DNA of 64,000 nt from an uncultured Clostridia bacterium (GCA_944376495.1 CALWCW010000068.1:14456-78455); one strand, 5' to 3'. Shown: positions 9,826-20,479, counted from the stretch's first letter. Numbers and translations are program-made. The notes: generated by a model not told the origin, from the sequence alone.

Positions 9826-9882
9826 CAAAAACTACGTTTTAGAATAAATAAAACATTTATTCTTCCAAACGTAGTTTTTTTG
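9826..9882 (+). terminator. Rho-independent terminator after rplA
   Basis: AAAACTACGTTT...AAACGTAGTTTT outer stem with inner stem AGAATAAAT/ATTTATTCT, followed by a T run. Confidence 0.7.
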
Positions 9883-9974
9883 TTATAATTTGACAATTGA
9901 TATTATCATAATAATTTAAATTTAAGACAAAATAATATTATTATTAAAAAATGTTTATTTTGACACCATTTTTC

Positions 9975-10002
9975 TTGACGGGGGGGGGTATTGTGGTATT
10001 AT
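9975..10002 (+). promoter_or_regulatory. Candidate promoter with a poly-G tract in the -35/-10 spacer
   Basis: TTGACG (9975-9980), 16-nt spacer mostly made of the G run, then TGgTATTAT extended -10 (9994-10002). It lies about 30 nt upstream of ATG 10034. Confidence 0.5.
9980..9988 (+). repeat. G9 homopolymer
   Basis: Read directly as gacGGGGGGGGGta. It is the only long G/C homopolymer I noticed in this AT-rich window. Confidence 0.95.
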
Positions 10003-10056
10003 AAAATTGAAAATGATAAATAGGCGGTGACAAATGATAAAATTGAGATATTATAA

Positions 10057-11241
10057 TTGTTTATTATTTGCTTTTTTTTAATAATTAGTGGCATTATTTT
10101 AATTTTCATTCCATTTAACACAAATGCAGCTGAAGCTCATTTATATATTGATTTAATATATTTTGATGAAAATGGAAATCAAGCACCAATACCTTCATCT
10201 TTGACATCTAGTAATGTTAAAAATTTGTTTACAGTCACATGGGGTAATGGTTCTAGTCAAAGTGTTGATGCTCTTATTTTTAATGATTACGATTCTTCTT
10301 TTACTTTATATAACTTTTATATGTCTGATGTAAGAAATATAAGTGTTTATTTAGCATATTCAAGTGGAGGAATTTCAGCCTTTAATTACTCTTATAAACC
10401 TTATGCAATGTTGGGGATGAGTTCCTATTCGGGTGCTTTTTATAATTATACCATGTCACAAGCCTCATCTCTACAAAATACATACAATTTTCCTAATAAT
10501 TATCGAGTATATTTGATTTTTAGTTATTGTTATGATATAACAATTATTGATACTCAATTTGGTGAAACGCAAACTTATCAAGCACCTGCAAATTGTTGGT
10601 TTGGGTTAAGTTCTCCAACTTCTCATATAGGCTATACATTTTTAGGTTATTTTTCCTCTTATTCTGGAGGGACGGGATTGAGTTATATTGCTCCAGTTAC
10701 TTCAAATCAAACCATATATGCTAGATGGGAAGCGAGTAAATATGCTATTGTATTAGATAAGCAAGGAGGGACAGGAGGAGATTCAAATGTAACTGCAACA
10801 TATAATACAGCAATGCCAACAATTCAAATACCGACGCGAGAAGGTTATACTTTTAATGGTTATTTTACAAGGACAAATGGAAGCGGAACAAAATATTATA
10901 ATTCAGACGGAACTAGTGCTAGAAATTGGACATCAACAAGTGGAACAACTTTATATGCTTATTGGACGATAGAAAGATATAATATTAATTACTATGATAT
11001 TAGCACCAGTGATGGAATTACAGGGACTGCAAGAAATATTACATATAATTCTTCACTATCATTAAAAACACCAAATTCTAGAATAGGTTATACATTCGTT
11101 GGGTGGCAATACACTGTTAATGGAATTGAATATATTATTAGTAATTTAAATTGGACAGTGGAGGATTTAGGTGATAATAATGATACAGTCAATTTTATAG
11201 GACAATGGACTCCTAGAACTGATTACCTGTTTCAGGTGTAA
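10057..11241 (+). CDS. Secreted Listeria-Bacteroides repeat (InlB B-repeat / Flg_new) protein; start ambiguous because of a T8 tract
   Basis: 394 aa. Three repeats of the type GYTFxGYF...G...Y......TLYAxW (GYTFLGYFSS..IYARW, GYTFNGYFTR..LYAYW, GYTFVGWQYT..FIGQW). The hydrophobic N-terminus ends in NTNA-AEA. The track start is a TTG with no obvious RBS; the RBS-associated ATG at 10034 is one frame off. Confidence 0.75.
   Translation: MFIICFFLIISGIILIFIPFNTNAAEAHLYIDLIYFDENGNQAPIPSSLTSSNVKNLFTVTWGNGSSQSVDALIFNDYDSSFTLYNFYMSDVRNISVYLAYSSGGISAFNYSYKPYAMLGMSSYSGAFYNYTMSQASSLQNTYNFPNNYRVYLIFSYCYDITIIDTQFGETQTYQAPANCWFGLSSPTSHIGYTFLGYFSSYSGGTGLSYIAPVTSNQTIYARWEASKYAIVLDKQGGTGGDSNVTATYNTAMPTIQIPTREGYTFNGYFTRTNGSGTKYYNSDGTSARNWTSTSGTTLYAYWTIERYNINYYDISTSDGITGTARNITYNSSLSLKTPNSRIGYTFVGWQYTVNGIEYIISNLNWTVEDLGDNNDTVNFIGQWTPRTDYLFQV
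10072..10079 (+). repeat. T8 homopolymer inside the signal-peptide coding region
   Basis: Read directly as gcTTTTTTTTaa. Read from ATG 10034, the frame stops at TAA 10079-10081. Inserting one T would fuse MIKLRYYNCLLFAFF to LIISGIILIFIPFNTNAAEA. Confidence 0.95.
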
Positions 11242-11420
11242 TATTTGATATAATCCAATTATAGCCGAATGTTATATTCGGCGAACTCGGTTCATTATCT
11301 ATATGATTTAAATAGTTATATTTTAAAAAACTAACTAATAAATCTTTATAATAAAAGGTTAAAAATAAAGTTTTGAATTTAATGCAAATAAAAATTACAA
11401 TATATTCATGTTATTTTGTA

Positions 11421-11456
11421 AAAAAATCTCTTAAGAATTTTCTTAAGAGATTTTTT
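11421..11456. terminator. Bidirectional terminator between convergent surface-protein genes
   Basis: AAAAAATCTCTTAAGA-attt-TCTTAAGAGATTTTTT is a perfect hairpin flanked by A and T runs. Confidence 0.7.
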
Positions 11457-11620
11457 GTCGTCAATTGTGAAGTTAATTTCAAATTTATAAATTAATCTCA
11501 AAATTAATGTTACATTTAAGCATTCTATATTAAAGAATTCTAATTAATTAATTTGGAATTTTAGAAAAGTAAATGTAAAAATTTAATAAATTAATTAATT
11601 TTTTTGTTTTTTTCTTTCTA

Positions 11621-14600
11621 TTATTTAACTTTTTGACGTTTTCTTAATGCTAATGTAATACCAATGATTGCGGCAACTGCAATTACTCCAAATACAATAG
11701 CCATAATTGCAAATCCATTCAATGGGTCAGTTTTTTCTACCTTATAAGAGTAAAAAAGGTGACCGCTGGCTGTATAGATTTGAATATAATGAACACCGCT
11801 AGAAGTAATAGTTATAGTTGATGTTTCTCCCATTGAGGCAATTGTATCAGAATTGTAATTATATATAGATGAGCCAATTCTAATATAGGAATCACCAATT
11901 GCATCATAGTAGTTTTGAACATTTAGAGTGATTGTTATATTGCTAGTTGTGCTTGTGCCTTCTGGAATTGAAACAGTAATTGGAGGAGTTGCAACATTTA
12001 TCCATATTTCAAATGTAAATTCTTCACCGATAGTGTTTAAATACACGCTATCATTAGGACAAATAGTAATTGTATATCTTCCACCGCCTGTTTTTTCATC
12101 TAAATATGAGAGAAGCAATTCAGACAAGTAAACTTTATTATTTATAACTACTGTATCAAGATTTGAAATTTCAATCAAATCTTCTGTAATATCACGAGTA
12201 TCTTTTATGACTGATTTAATGTAATAATTTCCGTAAGTTGTAAATTCAAAAGCATAACGCGATTCATTTTTATTTATAATAGAGAATTTAAATTCAACCG
12301 TTCTAATTGGAATACCTGTTGTGCTAGTTGCTGTGAATGTAACTACATAATATCCAGCCTCTTCAAAGGTATATTCATTGTTTCGAGCAATATAGCCTGT
12401 TGTGCTGTCTGCATTTGTTCTTGCCGAATATTCTACTCCATTACGTTTTACAGAGATTGTTGGATAACCAGTAGGGTGATAATAAGTAGAAAGGTTAACG
12501 AGTGATAATGTTACAGAACTGTTATAAACGGCATTTTGAATAGGTTCTGTTATGACGGTATTACCTTCACTATCTGTTGAAGTTACTAAAAGTGGAGTAT
12601 AGTTCAAGAAGATTAAATCAAAGTATTCACTGCTACCAAATAATTGGACATTAGCAGGAGTGCATGAATCGTATAGTCTTAACCTATAAGAACCAGCCTT
12701 TTCTAGATAGATGTAAGAAGCATCATTTTCTTGATAAATTTCTGGGTAAATATTTATGTATTGTCCATTGAACAATTTTAATACCTCAATATGAACAACA
12801 TTTTGCTCAATGCCGTAATATCTTGAGAAACTTATCTTTAATCTGTCAAAATCGGCATTTTGAGCAGTTATAAGAGCAGAGGTTTCACTTTCTATTGATT
12901 CAATATTTCCAGACGCATTTTCATAATTAAATTGTGAAACAATGTCGTCAGTTTCTTCAATATATATAATTACAAAATCACCTCTAGATTCATCACATAC
13001 ATAGTTATATATTTCAACTCTAATATCTGTGCCAGTTGGGTCTTCGGCAATTAGATTTACGTTTACTCCTAATTCTTCATTTGGAATAATACTCAATCGA
13101 TTTCCCTTATCATCATACCTAACACTAACAATATAAGTTGTAGGATATTGAATACCTGATGTGCTAACATAAGAAATGTCACTTCGTTCTACATTAATTC
13201 CATCAACAGTAATATAGTAATAAGATGAAGCTGAATCTAAAATAGAAATTTGGTATATTGCACAAAGATTAGTAAATATTGTGTCAGAATCATACTTGAT
13301 TAAAATTAAATAATCACCAACACCGCTTATTGTATATCCACTTGTGGCAGAATTGTCACTATTCATATTTTCCCAAGTAGATCCGTTATCTCTTGAAAGA
13401 TAAACAGAATATGAATAACCTTTTTCATAATTAAATTCGCCTTCATAATCAAGAGATTGACCATCTTTAAAGTAAACGGATATGTTTTGAGAATAGGTTG
13501 TTATTGTTCGAGCAGAGGCGGTGTAAGGTGTTCCATAGAAGTTTACTGTATATGATGGTAAAGTTCCTAATTCAGTAATAGGATTTTGATTTTTATCATT
13601 GAAGATAATAGCTCCATTTGGAATATCATTCATAGTTGTTGTTACAAAAGGAAGTTGATAATATATAACAATGTGATAAATATCAGTTAGAGTACCTGTT
13701 TCAACATCAAATACTTCAATTCTATAATAATCGTTGTAAATATTTGCATCTGTTGGAGATAGGTTGTAATAAGAAATGTTATTTGCTCCATCATTTCTTT
13801 CGATAGTTCTTGTAATTTCTTCATCATTGCTGTTATATATTTGGACTGAATAGAGTAGAGTATTATACGAGAATCTTATTGTTTGGTCAGAAATATAAGT
13901 TGTTGAGCCATCACTTTCACTAATTTCATATATTGTGGAATCTCCAGATATTTCATCATATGCAACTTCGTTTGCAAGTTGAATTATAGTTTGAGTTCCG
14001 CCAAAATTATCAGTAATTTCCCATTTAATTTTTTGAGATGCGTTTGCACCTAAATTAATAGAAATTTGCAAAGTTGTACCATTTGCTAAAGTATTAAATG
14101 TGATGTAACTTGGCATAGGAGTGAAATCTTCTGTTGGTACCCATGTCCCATAAGGAGACTGATAGGCATCCATTATAAGAACCCACTTGTCAGTATCAAC
14201 AATACTATCATCAAATTGATATATTTTTATATCAGTAGGGAAGATGTAACTTGTTGTTGTGCTTTCAACTTCACTGTTTGTAGGAACAGTTATATTTAAA
14301 ATAGCAGATTGTATTAATGGGTCTTCAACTTTATCAGATCTTATAGAAGCATCCCTGATTGATAGATAAATTATAGTACTTGTTCCATTATATCTATCTG
14401 TTAAAGTCATGTTATGTTTATTGCTTGACGATGATACAGACTCAAAAATAGAATCCAATGTAGTTTGTTCAAATACAACACCTGTAGAGTTGAAGATTAC
14501 TCTGTAAAGTTCATTTTCGTTAAGCCATGGAGATTTCATGTATCGAACTTCACCTTGACCTGAAATTTGAACATAGAACATAGCCCATGGGTCTGATTGA

Positions 14601-17600
14601 TAACTGAAACTTGTCAATTCAAACCCGCTGTTTGAATAAATGTTAAAACCGCTTGTTATTTGACCATTGTCAATTATAATATCTTCTTCATTTTGAGAAT
14701 TAATATATGATAACGCATTTGTATTTACATTTTGGTCGTTTTCATTTGAAGAGTCAATAACATAAACAATATAAACTGACATATTTTTTGCATAATCAAG
14801 TTCTACTATTTCATAGTAACCGCATTGAACTTCAAAGTTTTCAGTTTCATAAATTCTTTCATAAAGGTTGTTATAGTTTCCTGCAGTAAATGAATTTTTA
14901 TCCACTTGAGTGTAACCGTTGTTTAAGTTATCAATATATCTATAATAAACATTTTGAGTATCATAAGGATAACGAGAAGAATTATCAAGAGTTTCTTTAA
15001 GTGTAGTAGTAAAATAATCTTTAGTTACATTATAACTATAGTATCTTAAGTTTCCTGTATCTAGCGAATATGAATAACTATAAATATTTAAATTGCTATT
15101 AGAGTTTACTTCTTGCTCTTCATTTTTATAATCATAATATTTACGCATATATAGTTCTTGATAAGACTTAGTAAAGGCACTCTTTGTAGCGGTTTCTGTG
15201 TTAGTCATTAGGTTTTGAAGATTTTGAGTTGGTGCCGACCTATCAAAATATATACGTTTTGTTATTTGATTGTAATATGCTGAATTATAACCATAATATT
15301 GCATTGTAATTTCTATATAACTGTTATCAGCAATGATTAAATTTGATGTATCTATTGTGAAATAACGTGTTCCTTCACCACTGATTTCACTTCTTGTGAA
15401 TGATTGAGGATAACTTGTAATATAAATATTATCTTCATCAATTCTTGCTTCATATTGACTTGTTGGCACTTCCCATTGTATTGTTAAAGAATCAGAATTT
15501 GTATAATAAACATTTGTGCTATTGTTATTGGTTGAGGTTAGGGTATAGCCATCAGAGCCAATTATTTCAAAATCAGGTTCTTGAGAGGTTATATTCCAAC
15601 CGAATTTGTAAAATTTGTAAAAATCACTTGTTGCACCTAAATTGTTTGCTTGATACATGGTTACAATGTATTGTCCAGGTTCATAGAAATAAGTTGTTGG
15701 TTGTGTTGTAGCAGATATTGTTCCACCTTGAGTAGAAACTTGATATAAATTTAAGAAACCATTAGTAGTGCTTCCATTTGAGCGATAGTAATAAGTTCTT
15801 CCTGCGTTTGTTCTCGCTTCTACTTCAACGTAAACCTCATATTCAGCAATAGATGCGTTGTTGTTTAAGTAGTTATAAGCGGCAATTTCTGTTGAAAAAC
15901 TTTCAACTGTAAGCCCTTCAATGATTACATCATAATATTTTGTTTCCTCATTGAAAACAACAGTTCCGCCACCATAATAAGAAAGGTTATCATTATGGTC
16001 AACTGAATATTCTTTTGCGTTAGTATCATTATTAGTAGAAGAACTTGTTGATACTGTATATTTATATTTTGGAACATATAATGTCATTGGCAGTTTATTT
16101 CCAGAAACATTAAATGTTTCCAAAGTTTCATCTACAGAAGCAAAAGAGTCTTTGGTATAGAACGAACCGCTATTCAATCCATCTCCGTTGATATAAGGGA
16201 ATGAAACTTCAATTGATGAGTTATTATTTCCGCTATACATGCTTAAGATAATATCTCCACCAACAATACTTTCAAGTGACGATGAACCATCTTCTTTTTG
16301 AATAGATTCAAGTTCTGAAATAAGGTTGTAATTATCTACATTAAAAGTAATTGTCCTTTTGAAATAGTCGTATTGGTCAGTTGCATTTCCATCAATATAT
16401 GTTCTTTCAATAACATATCTTCCTGCTCCAAAAGTAGAAGAATTAAGTTGAAGCGTATATGTAAGTTCATAATCTGAATCATAAACCACATCAGGTGAAT
16501 AAGTGTAAACATCAATTGTCCTGTAAGGACTATCTTCTATATCATAGTAGAAATAGGTTGCATTTCCAATTTCTGTAGATTTTGCTTCATATCTATAATA
16601 ATAAAGTTTAATTGATTGGACAATTGAACCATTTTCAGCAAATGGAACATATGAAATTATAATATCTTCAGTTGCACTGAGAGGAGTGTAGTAAGAAAAC
16701 TTGTAAGGCAAACTTGTCAAAACAGGCTCCTCAACATCTGTAGGCTCTAAATGTGAATAAATAGTATTTCCGCTTTCATCTTCGTATGAATAAAGGTAAC
16801 CTGTTAAATTAAAATAAGCAACTTCATATATACTTCCATCAGAACTTCCAATTGATATTTTGGATGCGTCAGATGTGACATTAAAAATTAAATAACTGCT
16901 TGGATAATTTCTAAAATTTTCACCTGGTGCAACTTGAGTGTTAGAAGCATCTTTAATTAAGATTCTATAAGTTCCTTCCAAAGCTTGTCCGTCGTCATCA
17001 ATAAAATCTATTTCATAACTAAAACCAGTATAATTTTCATAAGTAGAATGTAAAGTATCTTTTAAATAAGCATTTTCATCAATAGGAATAATGAAATAAT
17101 TACCATTATAACTTGAAATTCCAGTTGCTATTGCACCATTTGAGCCATCGTTTGTCGGAACTGAACCAAGATTTGTTATATTTTCTATAGATGAGTTATT
17201 TACAAAATAGTCGTTTAAAAGAGCATCTAATTTTTCTTGTGCACTTTCGACGTTTTTTCCATATTGATATGCTTGATACAAACTGCTTCCAGACGTAATT
17301 AAATCAAGATTGTCAATATAGATTGCTTTATTACTAGTCCATTCAATAGAAATTGATGTATTTTCATCTGGAACTGATATGCTTTCGTTGTTAGATATAA
17401 GATTTCTTGTTGTTATACCATTTGCATAAATACTTTGTAAAAATATTGGTGCAGAACTATCAAGCAAATAAATACCGAATGTAGAATTTCCTGCTTGGTC
17501 GTAAACTTCTAAAATGTAGAAACCATCGTTAGATTTTACATAAGAAGTATTTATAGTTGAAGTATAAGATTTTGTATTTTGATATTCAGACCAATCTGTT

Positions 17601-20056
17601 GCATTTGCCAAATCTATTTTATAAGATACTGGTAATGTATCATTGAAAGTAACTAATAAGGTTAATAAGTTATATAAATCATCTTCATTTTGTAAAGCAG
17701 AGTAGTAGTTTATTGCCTGAGTAGGTATATATTTTACAAAACCATAAGTAGTCGCTCCGCTATCCTTTTCGTCCCAAGAGAAAATCATAGGTTGATTTGT
17801 GCTATTTGAAGAGAAAGAAGAGCCAATCCTATAAGTAGTTGATGTTGATAAAGATACGTTTCGTGATGTTATAGGGCTAATTTCATATGTATCTATTGTG
17901 AACGAACTAGTGCTTGGTTTATCTGAGTTTATAGACCTTATATAAATTGTAAATTTTGCATTAGCAATTGAATTTGTATTTTCAATGAAAATTCCATATT
18001 TACCTGCAACGTTTTCGTTGTAAGCAGTGTCGGTGTCTTCTGAAGAAGGTTCAAATTGTCGATAAGTTATTCCATAACGAGAGAGAGCATCGATACTTGT
18101 ATTTTCAAAAATAGGTCTTTCTGCGACATAATCGTAAGCAGATAAAGTTATTTCAACTTTGGCATCATAAATATTATTTTCAGCATCATTCAAAATATAA
18201 ACACCTTTGTTTGTAAAACCATTAGAGTAAATTTCATTAAAATCAGTATCTAAAACTGTAACAGTAGGAATGGTGTTTGTCACAGTAAAATAGAATATTT
18301 GGTAATTATAGAACGCACTTTGCAAAGTTCCGCTTTGTGACATATAACTATCAAATTGATATTGTATTATATAAATATAAGTTCCAGCATCATTTTGATT
18401 GAATCCTTGAAAACTATTATTAGAATCATTAATGTTAGTAATGGATATAGTTTTATTTCCATCATTTTCAATAGTTTCTACATTATATATTTTACTATAA
18501 ACAGCATTTAAATTAGTATTGTTTAAAAATTTAATAGGAGTTTGGTTTGTTGAAACTGGCGTTATTTGTTTCTCATTAATGAATTTTACAACATTTGTTC
18601 TCAAAGTATCAATTGAAAAACTTGCATTACTAGTTGGTGCAGGATTTCGTAAAATACTTTGTAATTCAGATATGTCATTATCGTCTGTGCTTGAACTATT
18701 TATAATATAATTGTTAAATGAACTTGTTATATCTGCAGAATCGTTGTAAGTTGCATTGTCAAAATCAAAAGTTTTAAGTTCGACAGATTCAGGTTGGTTT
18801 GTTAGTGGGTCTATATTAGCATAATCTGAATAAACTGCTTGATAACCATATATATAAACCCTTTGATTTTTATTGTTGAAAACGGTTGATGAGTCCATAT
18901 TTTCAAGAGGCAGATTATAAATTATTTCTTCGTTGCCAGTTTTAGCAATGTAAAGATAATTGAAAGAAATATCGTAAGAGCCAAGATTATAGAATACTAA
19001 TTGAACCTCATTTTCGCTTAAAAGCGATGTTTCTATAAAATATTCATCTTCGTTATATTCGTTTCCATTTTCGTCATATTGCCTTATTCTTCCGTTTAAA
19101 TATTCTAATGTAGTTGAATATGTGTTTTGGTCAACGTCAGTATAAGCAATTGTCAATTGGTAAATATTAGGATTGTATTTAATGTTCGCAAGGGTGTTTG
19201 CACTTTGACCATAACCACTATTGAAATAATAATACTTTGAAAAATTATTAGATGTTGCAAGAGTGGTTTGTTGCATATTAGATGAGATGGTAAGGTTAGG
19301 TAGTCCAGTTGTTGAGTTAAAGTATGTATTTGCATTAAAAACCATAAATGTATAATAAACTCTTATTGGTTCAGATGTGAAAGTTATTCCTCCATTATCT
19401 GTATAATAAGCAAGAAGGGGAACAACAAGTGTATAGCAACCCTCTTGATTTAATTTTACAAGTCCGTTTGCTTCTGGTGAAACTGAAGATAAACTTGTAT
19501 CAAGTTCAAATTGAATTTTAAATTGTTGAGGTGTGAATGACTCATTAGATGGCACGAATCCTTTTTCATGTGATTTTGTGAATGATCCTATATCAGAATT
19601 TTGTAAAAGGTTTGTGCCTGTTTGACCTTGCTGAATTTGTTCGTTTGTGAGATTATAATAAAGAGAGAGTGATTCTTGAAAGTCAAAGTAATAAAATTCT
19701 TGATGAGTTGTATCTGCATCGTTTACAAGATAGGCATAGTTTGTATCTTTTCCTATTTCGGAAGGATTGCTAGTAGTAAGTTCATCATTTCCTATTATGA
19801 CTTGTTTATAACTATTTTCTTGGAAAAGATATATTGTATTATCAACTTGACCAACAGTTGCGTTAGTGCCTTGTGAAGTAATTATTTCAAAATAATCAGG
19901 CAGTGAATTTGAAATGACATCATAGTCAGAAATAGCAGCCTGCGCATTCAAATCATTTTTATTAAAAGAATTTGGCATGAAAATTCCTAAACATAACACA
20001 CCAATCATAATGAAAGAAAATATTAATGAATTAAATAATCTCTTTGCTTTATTCAT
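11621..20056 (-). CDS. Giant (2811 aa) Asn/Tyr/Ser/Thr/Ile-rich surface protein with signal peptide and C-terminal TM anchor
   Basis: Uninterrupted ORF. I prefer ATG 20056 (AGAGAGGTG RBS; MNKAKRLFNSLIFSFIMIGVLCLGIF...AQA) over the track start at 20107. The C-terminus GFAIMAIVFGVIAVAAIIGITLALRKRQKVK is a TM segment plus basic tail. There is no LPXTG and I recognised no domain. Confidence 0.85.
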   Translation of the reverse strand: MNKAKRLFNSLIFSFIMIGVLCLGIFMPNSFNKNDLNAQAAISDYDVISNSLPDYFEIITSQGTNATVGQVDNTIYLFQENSYKQVIIGNDELTTSNPSEIGKDTNYAYLVNDADTTHQEFYYFDFQESLSLYYNLTNEQIQQGQTGTNLLQNSDIGSFTKSHEKGFVPSNESFTPQQFKIQFELDTSLSSVSPEANGLVKLNQEGCYTLVVPLLAYYTDNGGITFTSEPIRVYYTFMVFNANTYFNSTTGLPNLTISSNMQQTTLATSNNFSKYYYFNSGYGQSANTLANIKYNPNIYQLTIAYTDVDQNTYSTTLEYLNGRIRQYDENGNEYNEDEYFIETSLLSENEVQLVFYNLGSYDISFNYLYIAKTGNEEIIYNLPLENMDSSTVFNNKNQRVYIYGYQAVYSDYANIDPLTNQPESVELKTFDFDNATYNDSADITSSFNNYIINSSSTDDNDISELQSILRNPAPTSNASFSIDTLRTNVVKFINEKQITPVSTNQTPIKFLNNTNLNAVYSKIYNVETIENDGNKTISITNINDSNNSFQGFNQNDAGTYIYIIQYQFDSYMSQSGTLQSAFYNYQIFYFTVTNTIPTVTVLDTDFNEIYSNGFTNKGVYILNDAENNIYDAKVEITLSAYDYVAERPIFENTSIDALSRYGITYRQFEPSSEDTDTAYNENVAGKYGIFIENTNSIANAKFTIYIRSINSDKPSTSSFTIDTYEISPITSRNVSLSTSTTYRIGSSFSSNSTNQPMIFSWDEKDSGATTYGFVKYIPTQAINYYSALQNEDDLYNLLTLLVTFNDTLPVSYKIDLANATDWSEYQNTKSYTSTINTSYVKSNDGFYILEVYDQAGNSTFGIYLLDSSAPIFLQSIYANGITTRNLISNNESISVPDENTSISIEWTSNKAIYIDNLDLITSGSSLYQAYQYGKNVESAQEKLDALLNDYFVNNSSIENITNLGSVPTNDGSNGAIATGISSYNGNYFIIPIDENAYLKDTLHSTYENYTGFSYEIDFIDDDGQALEGTYRILIKDASNTQVAPGENFRNYPSSYLIFNVTSDASKISIGSSDGSIYEVAYFNLTGYLYSYEDESGNTIYSHLEPTDVEEPVLTSLPYKFSYYTPLSATEDIIISYVPFAENGSIVQSIKLYYYRYEAKSTEIGNATYFYYDIEDSPYRTIDVYTYSPDVVYDSDYELTYTLQLNSSTFGAGRYVIERTYIDGNATDQYDYFKRTITFNVDNYNLISELESIQKEDGSSSLESIVGGDIILSMYSGNNNSSIEVSFPYINGDGLNSGSFYTKDSFASVDETLETFNVSGNKLPMTLYVPKYKYTVSTSSSTNNDTNAKEYSVDHNDNLSYYGGGTVVFNEETKYYDVIIEGLTVESFSTEIAAYNYLNNNASIAEYEVYVEVEARTNAGRTYYYRSNGSTTNGFLNLYQVSTQGGTISATTQPTTYFYEPGQYIVTMYQANNLGATSDFYKFYKFGWNITSQEPDFEIIGSDGYTLTSTNNNSTNVYYTNSDSLTIQWEVPTSQYEARIDEDNIYITSYPQSFTRSEISGEGTRYFTIDTSNLIIADNSYIEITMQYYGYNSAYYNQITKRIYFDRSAPTQNLQNLMTNTETATKSAFTKSYQELYMRKYYDYKNEEQEVNSNSNLNIYSYSYSLDTGNLRYYSYNVTKDYFTTTLKETLDNSSRYPYDTQNVYYRYIDNLNNGYTQVDKNSFTAGNYNNLYERIYETENFEVQCGYYEIVELDYAKNMSVYIVYVIDSSNENDQNVNTNALSYINSQNEEDIIIDNGQITSGFNIYSNSGFELTSFSYQSDPWAMFYVQISGQGEVRYMKSPWLNENELYRVIFNSTGVVFEQTTLDSIFESVSSSSNKHNMTLTDRYNGTSTIIYLSIRDASIRSDKVEDPLIQSAILNITVPTNSEVESTTTSYIFPTDIKIYQFDDSIVDTDKWVLIMDAYQSPYGTWVPTEDFTPMPSYITFNTLANGTTLQISINLGANASQKIKWEITDNFGGTQTIIQLANEVAYDEISGDSTIYEISESDGSTTYISDQTIRFSYNTLLYSVQIYNSNDEEITRTIERNDGANNISYYNLSPTDANIYNDYYRIEVFDVETGTLTDIYHIVIYYQLPFVTTTMNDIPNGAIIFNDKNQNPITELGTLPSYTVNFYGTPYTASARTITTYSQNISVYFKDGQSLDYEGEFNYEKGYSYSVYLSRDNGSTWENMNSDNSATSGYTISGVGDYLILIKYDSDTIFTNLCAIYQISILDSASSYYYITVDGINVERSDISYVSTSGIQYPTTYIVSVRYDDKGNRLSIIPNEELGVNVNLIAEDPTGTDIRVEIYNYVCDESRGDFVIIYIEETDDIVSQFNYENASGNIESIESETSALITAQNADFDRLKISFSRYYGIEQNVVHIEVLKLFNGQYINIYPEIYQENDASYIYLEKAGSYRLRLYDSCTPANVQLFGSSEYFDLIFLNYTPLLVTSTDSEGNTVITEPIQNAVYNSSVTLSLVNLSTYYHPTGYPTISVKRNGVEYSARTNADSTTGYIARNNEYTFEEAGYYVVTFTATSTTGIPIRTVEFKFSIINKNESRYAFEFTTYGNYYIKSVIKDTRDITEDLIEISNLDTVVINNKVYLSELLLSYLDEKTGGGRYTITICPNDSVYLNTIGEEFTFEIWINVATPPITVSIPEGTSTTSNITITLNVQNYYDAIGDSYIRIGSSIYNYNSDTIASMGETSTITITSSGVHYIQIYTASGHLFYSYKVEKTDPLNGFAIMAIVFGVIAVAAIIGITLALRKRQKVK

Positions 20057-20479
20057 ACAAACACCTCTCTTTGATTTATACAATATGATTTTATCACATA
20101 CTAGCAAAAAATCAAAATAATTTTGACGAAATATATAAGATTATAATATATATTTTATATATAATTTAATATAAACATAAAATTAATTTTTAAGCATAAA
20201 AAGAGCAAATTGTCTGGAATAATTGAAAAAATAAATAGAATTAATATAAAAATAAATTTTTGATGAAGATATTTAGATAAAATCATGTATTTTTGCTATA
20301 AAATACGTAAAAAACACTGTATTTTTCAATTTTGCGTTAAAAATCTTAAAATTTATGTTTTTTATTAAAATTTTAGCCTGATGAATTTAATTTAGATTTT
20401 GTAATTATTCTGAAATGACTTTTGAACACATTTTGTCATTCTGATAAAAAAAATCATATAAAGAATAAGGAGAATAAAT

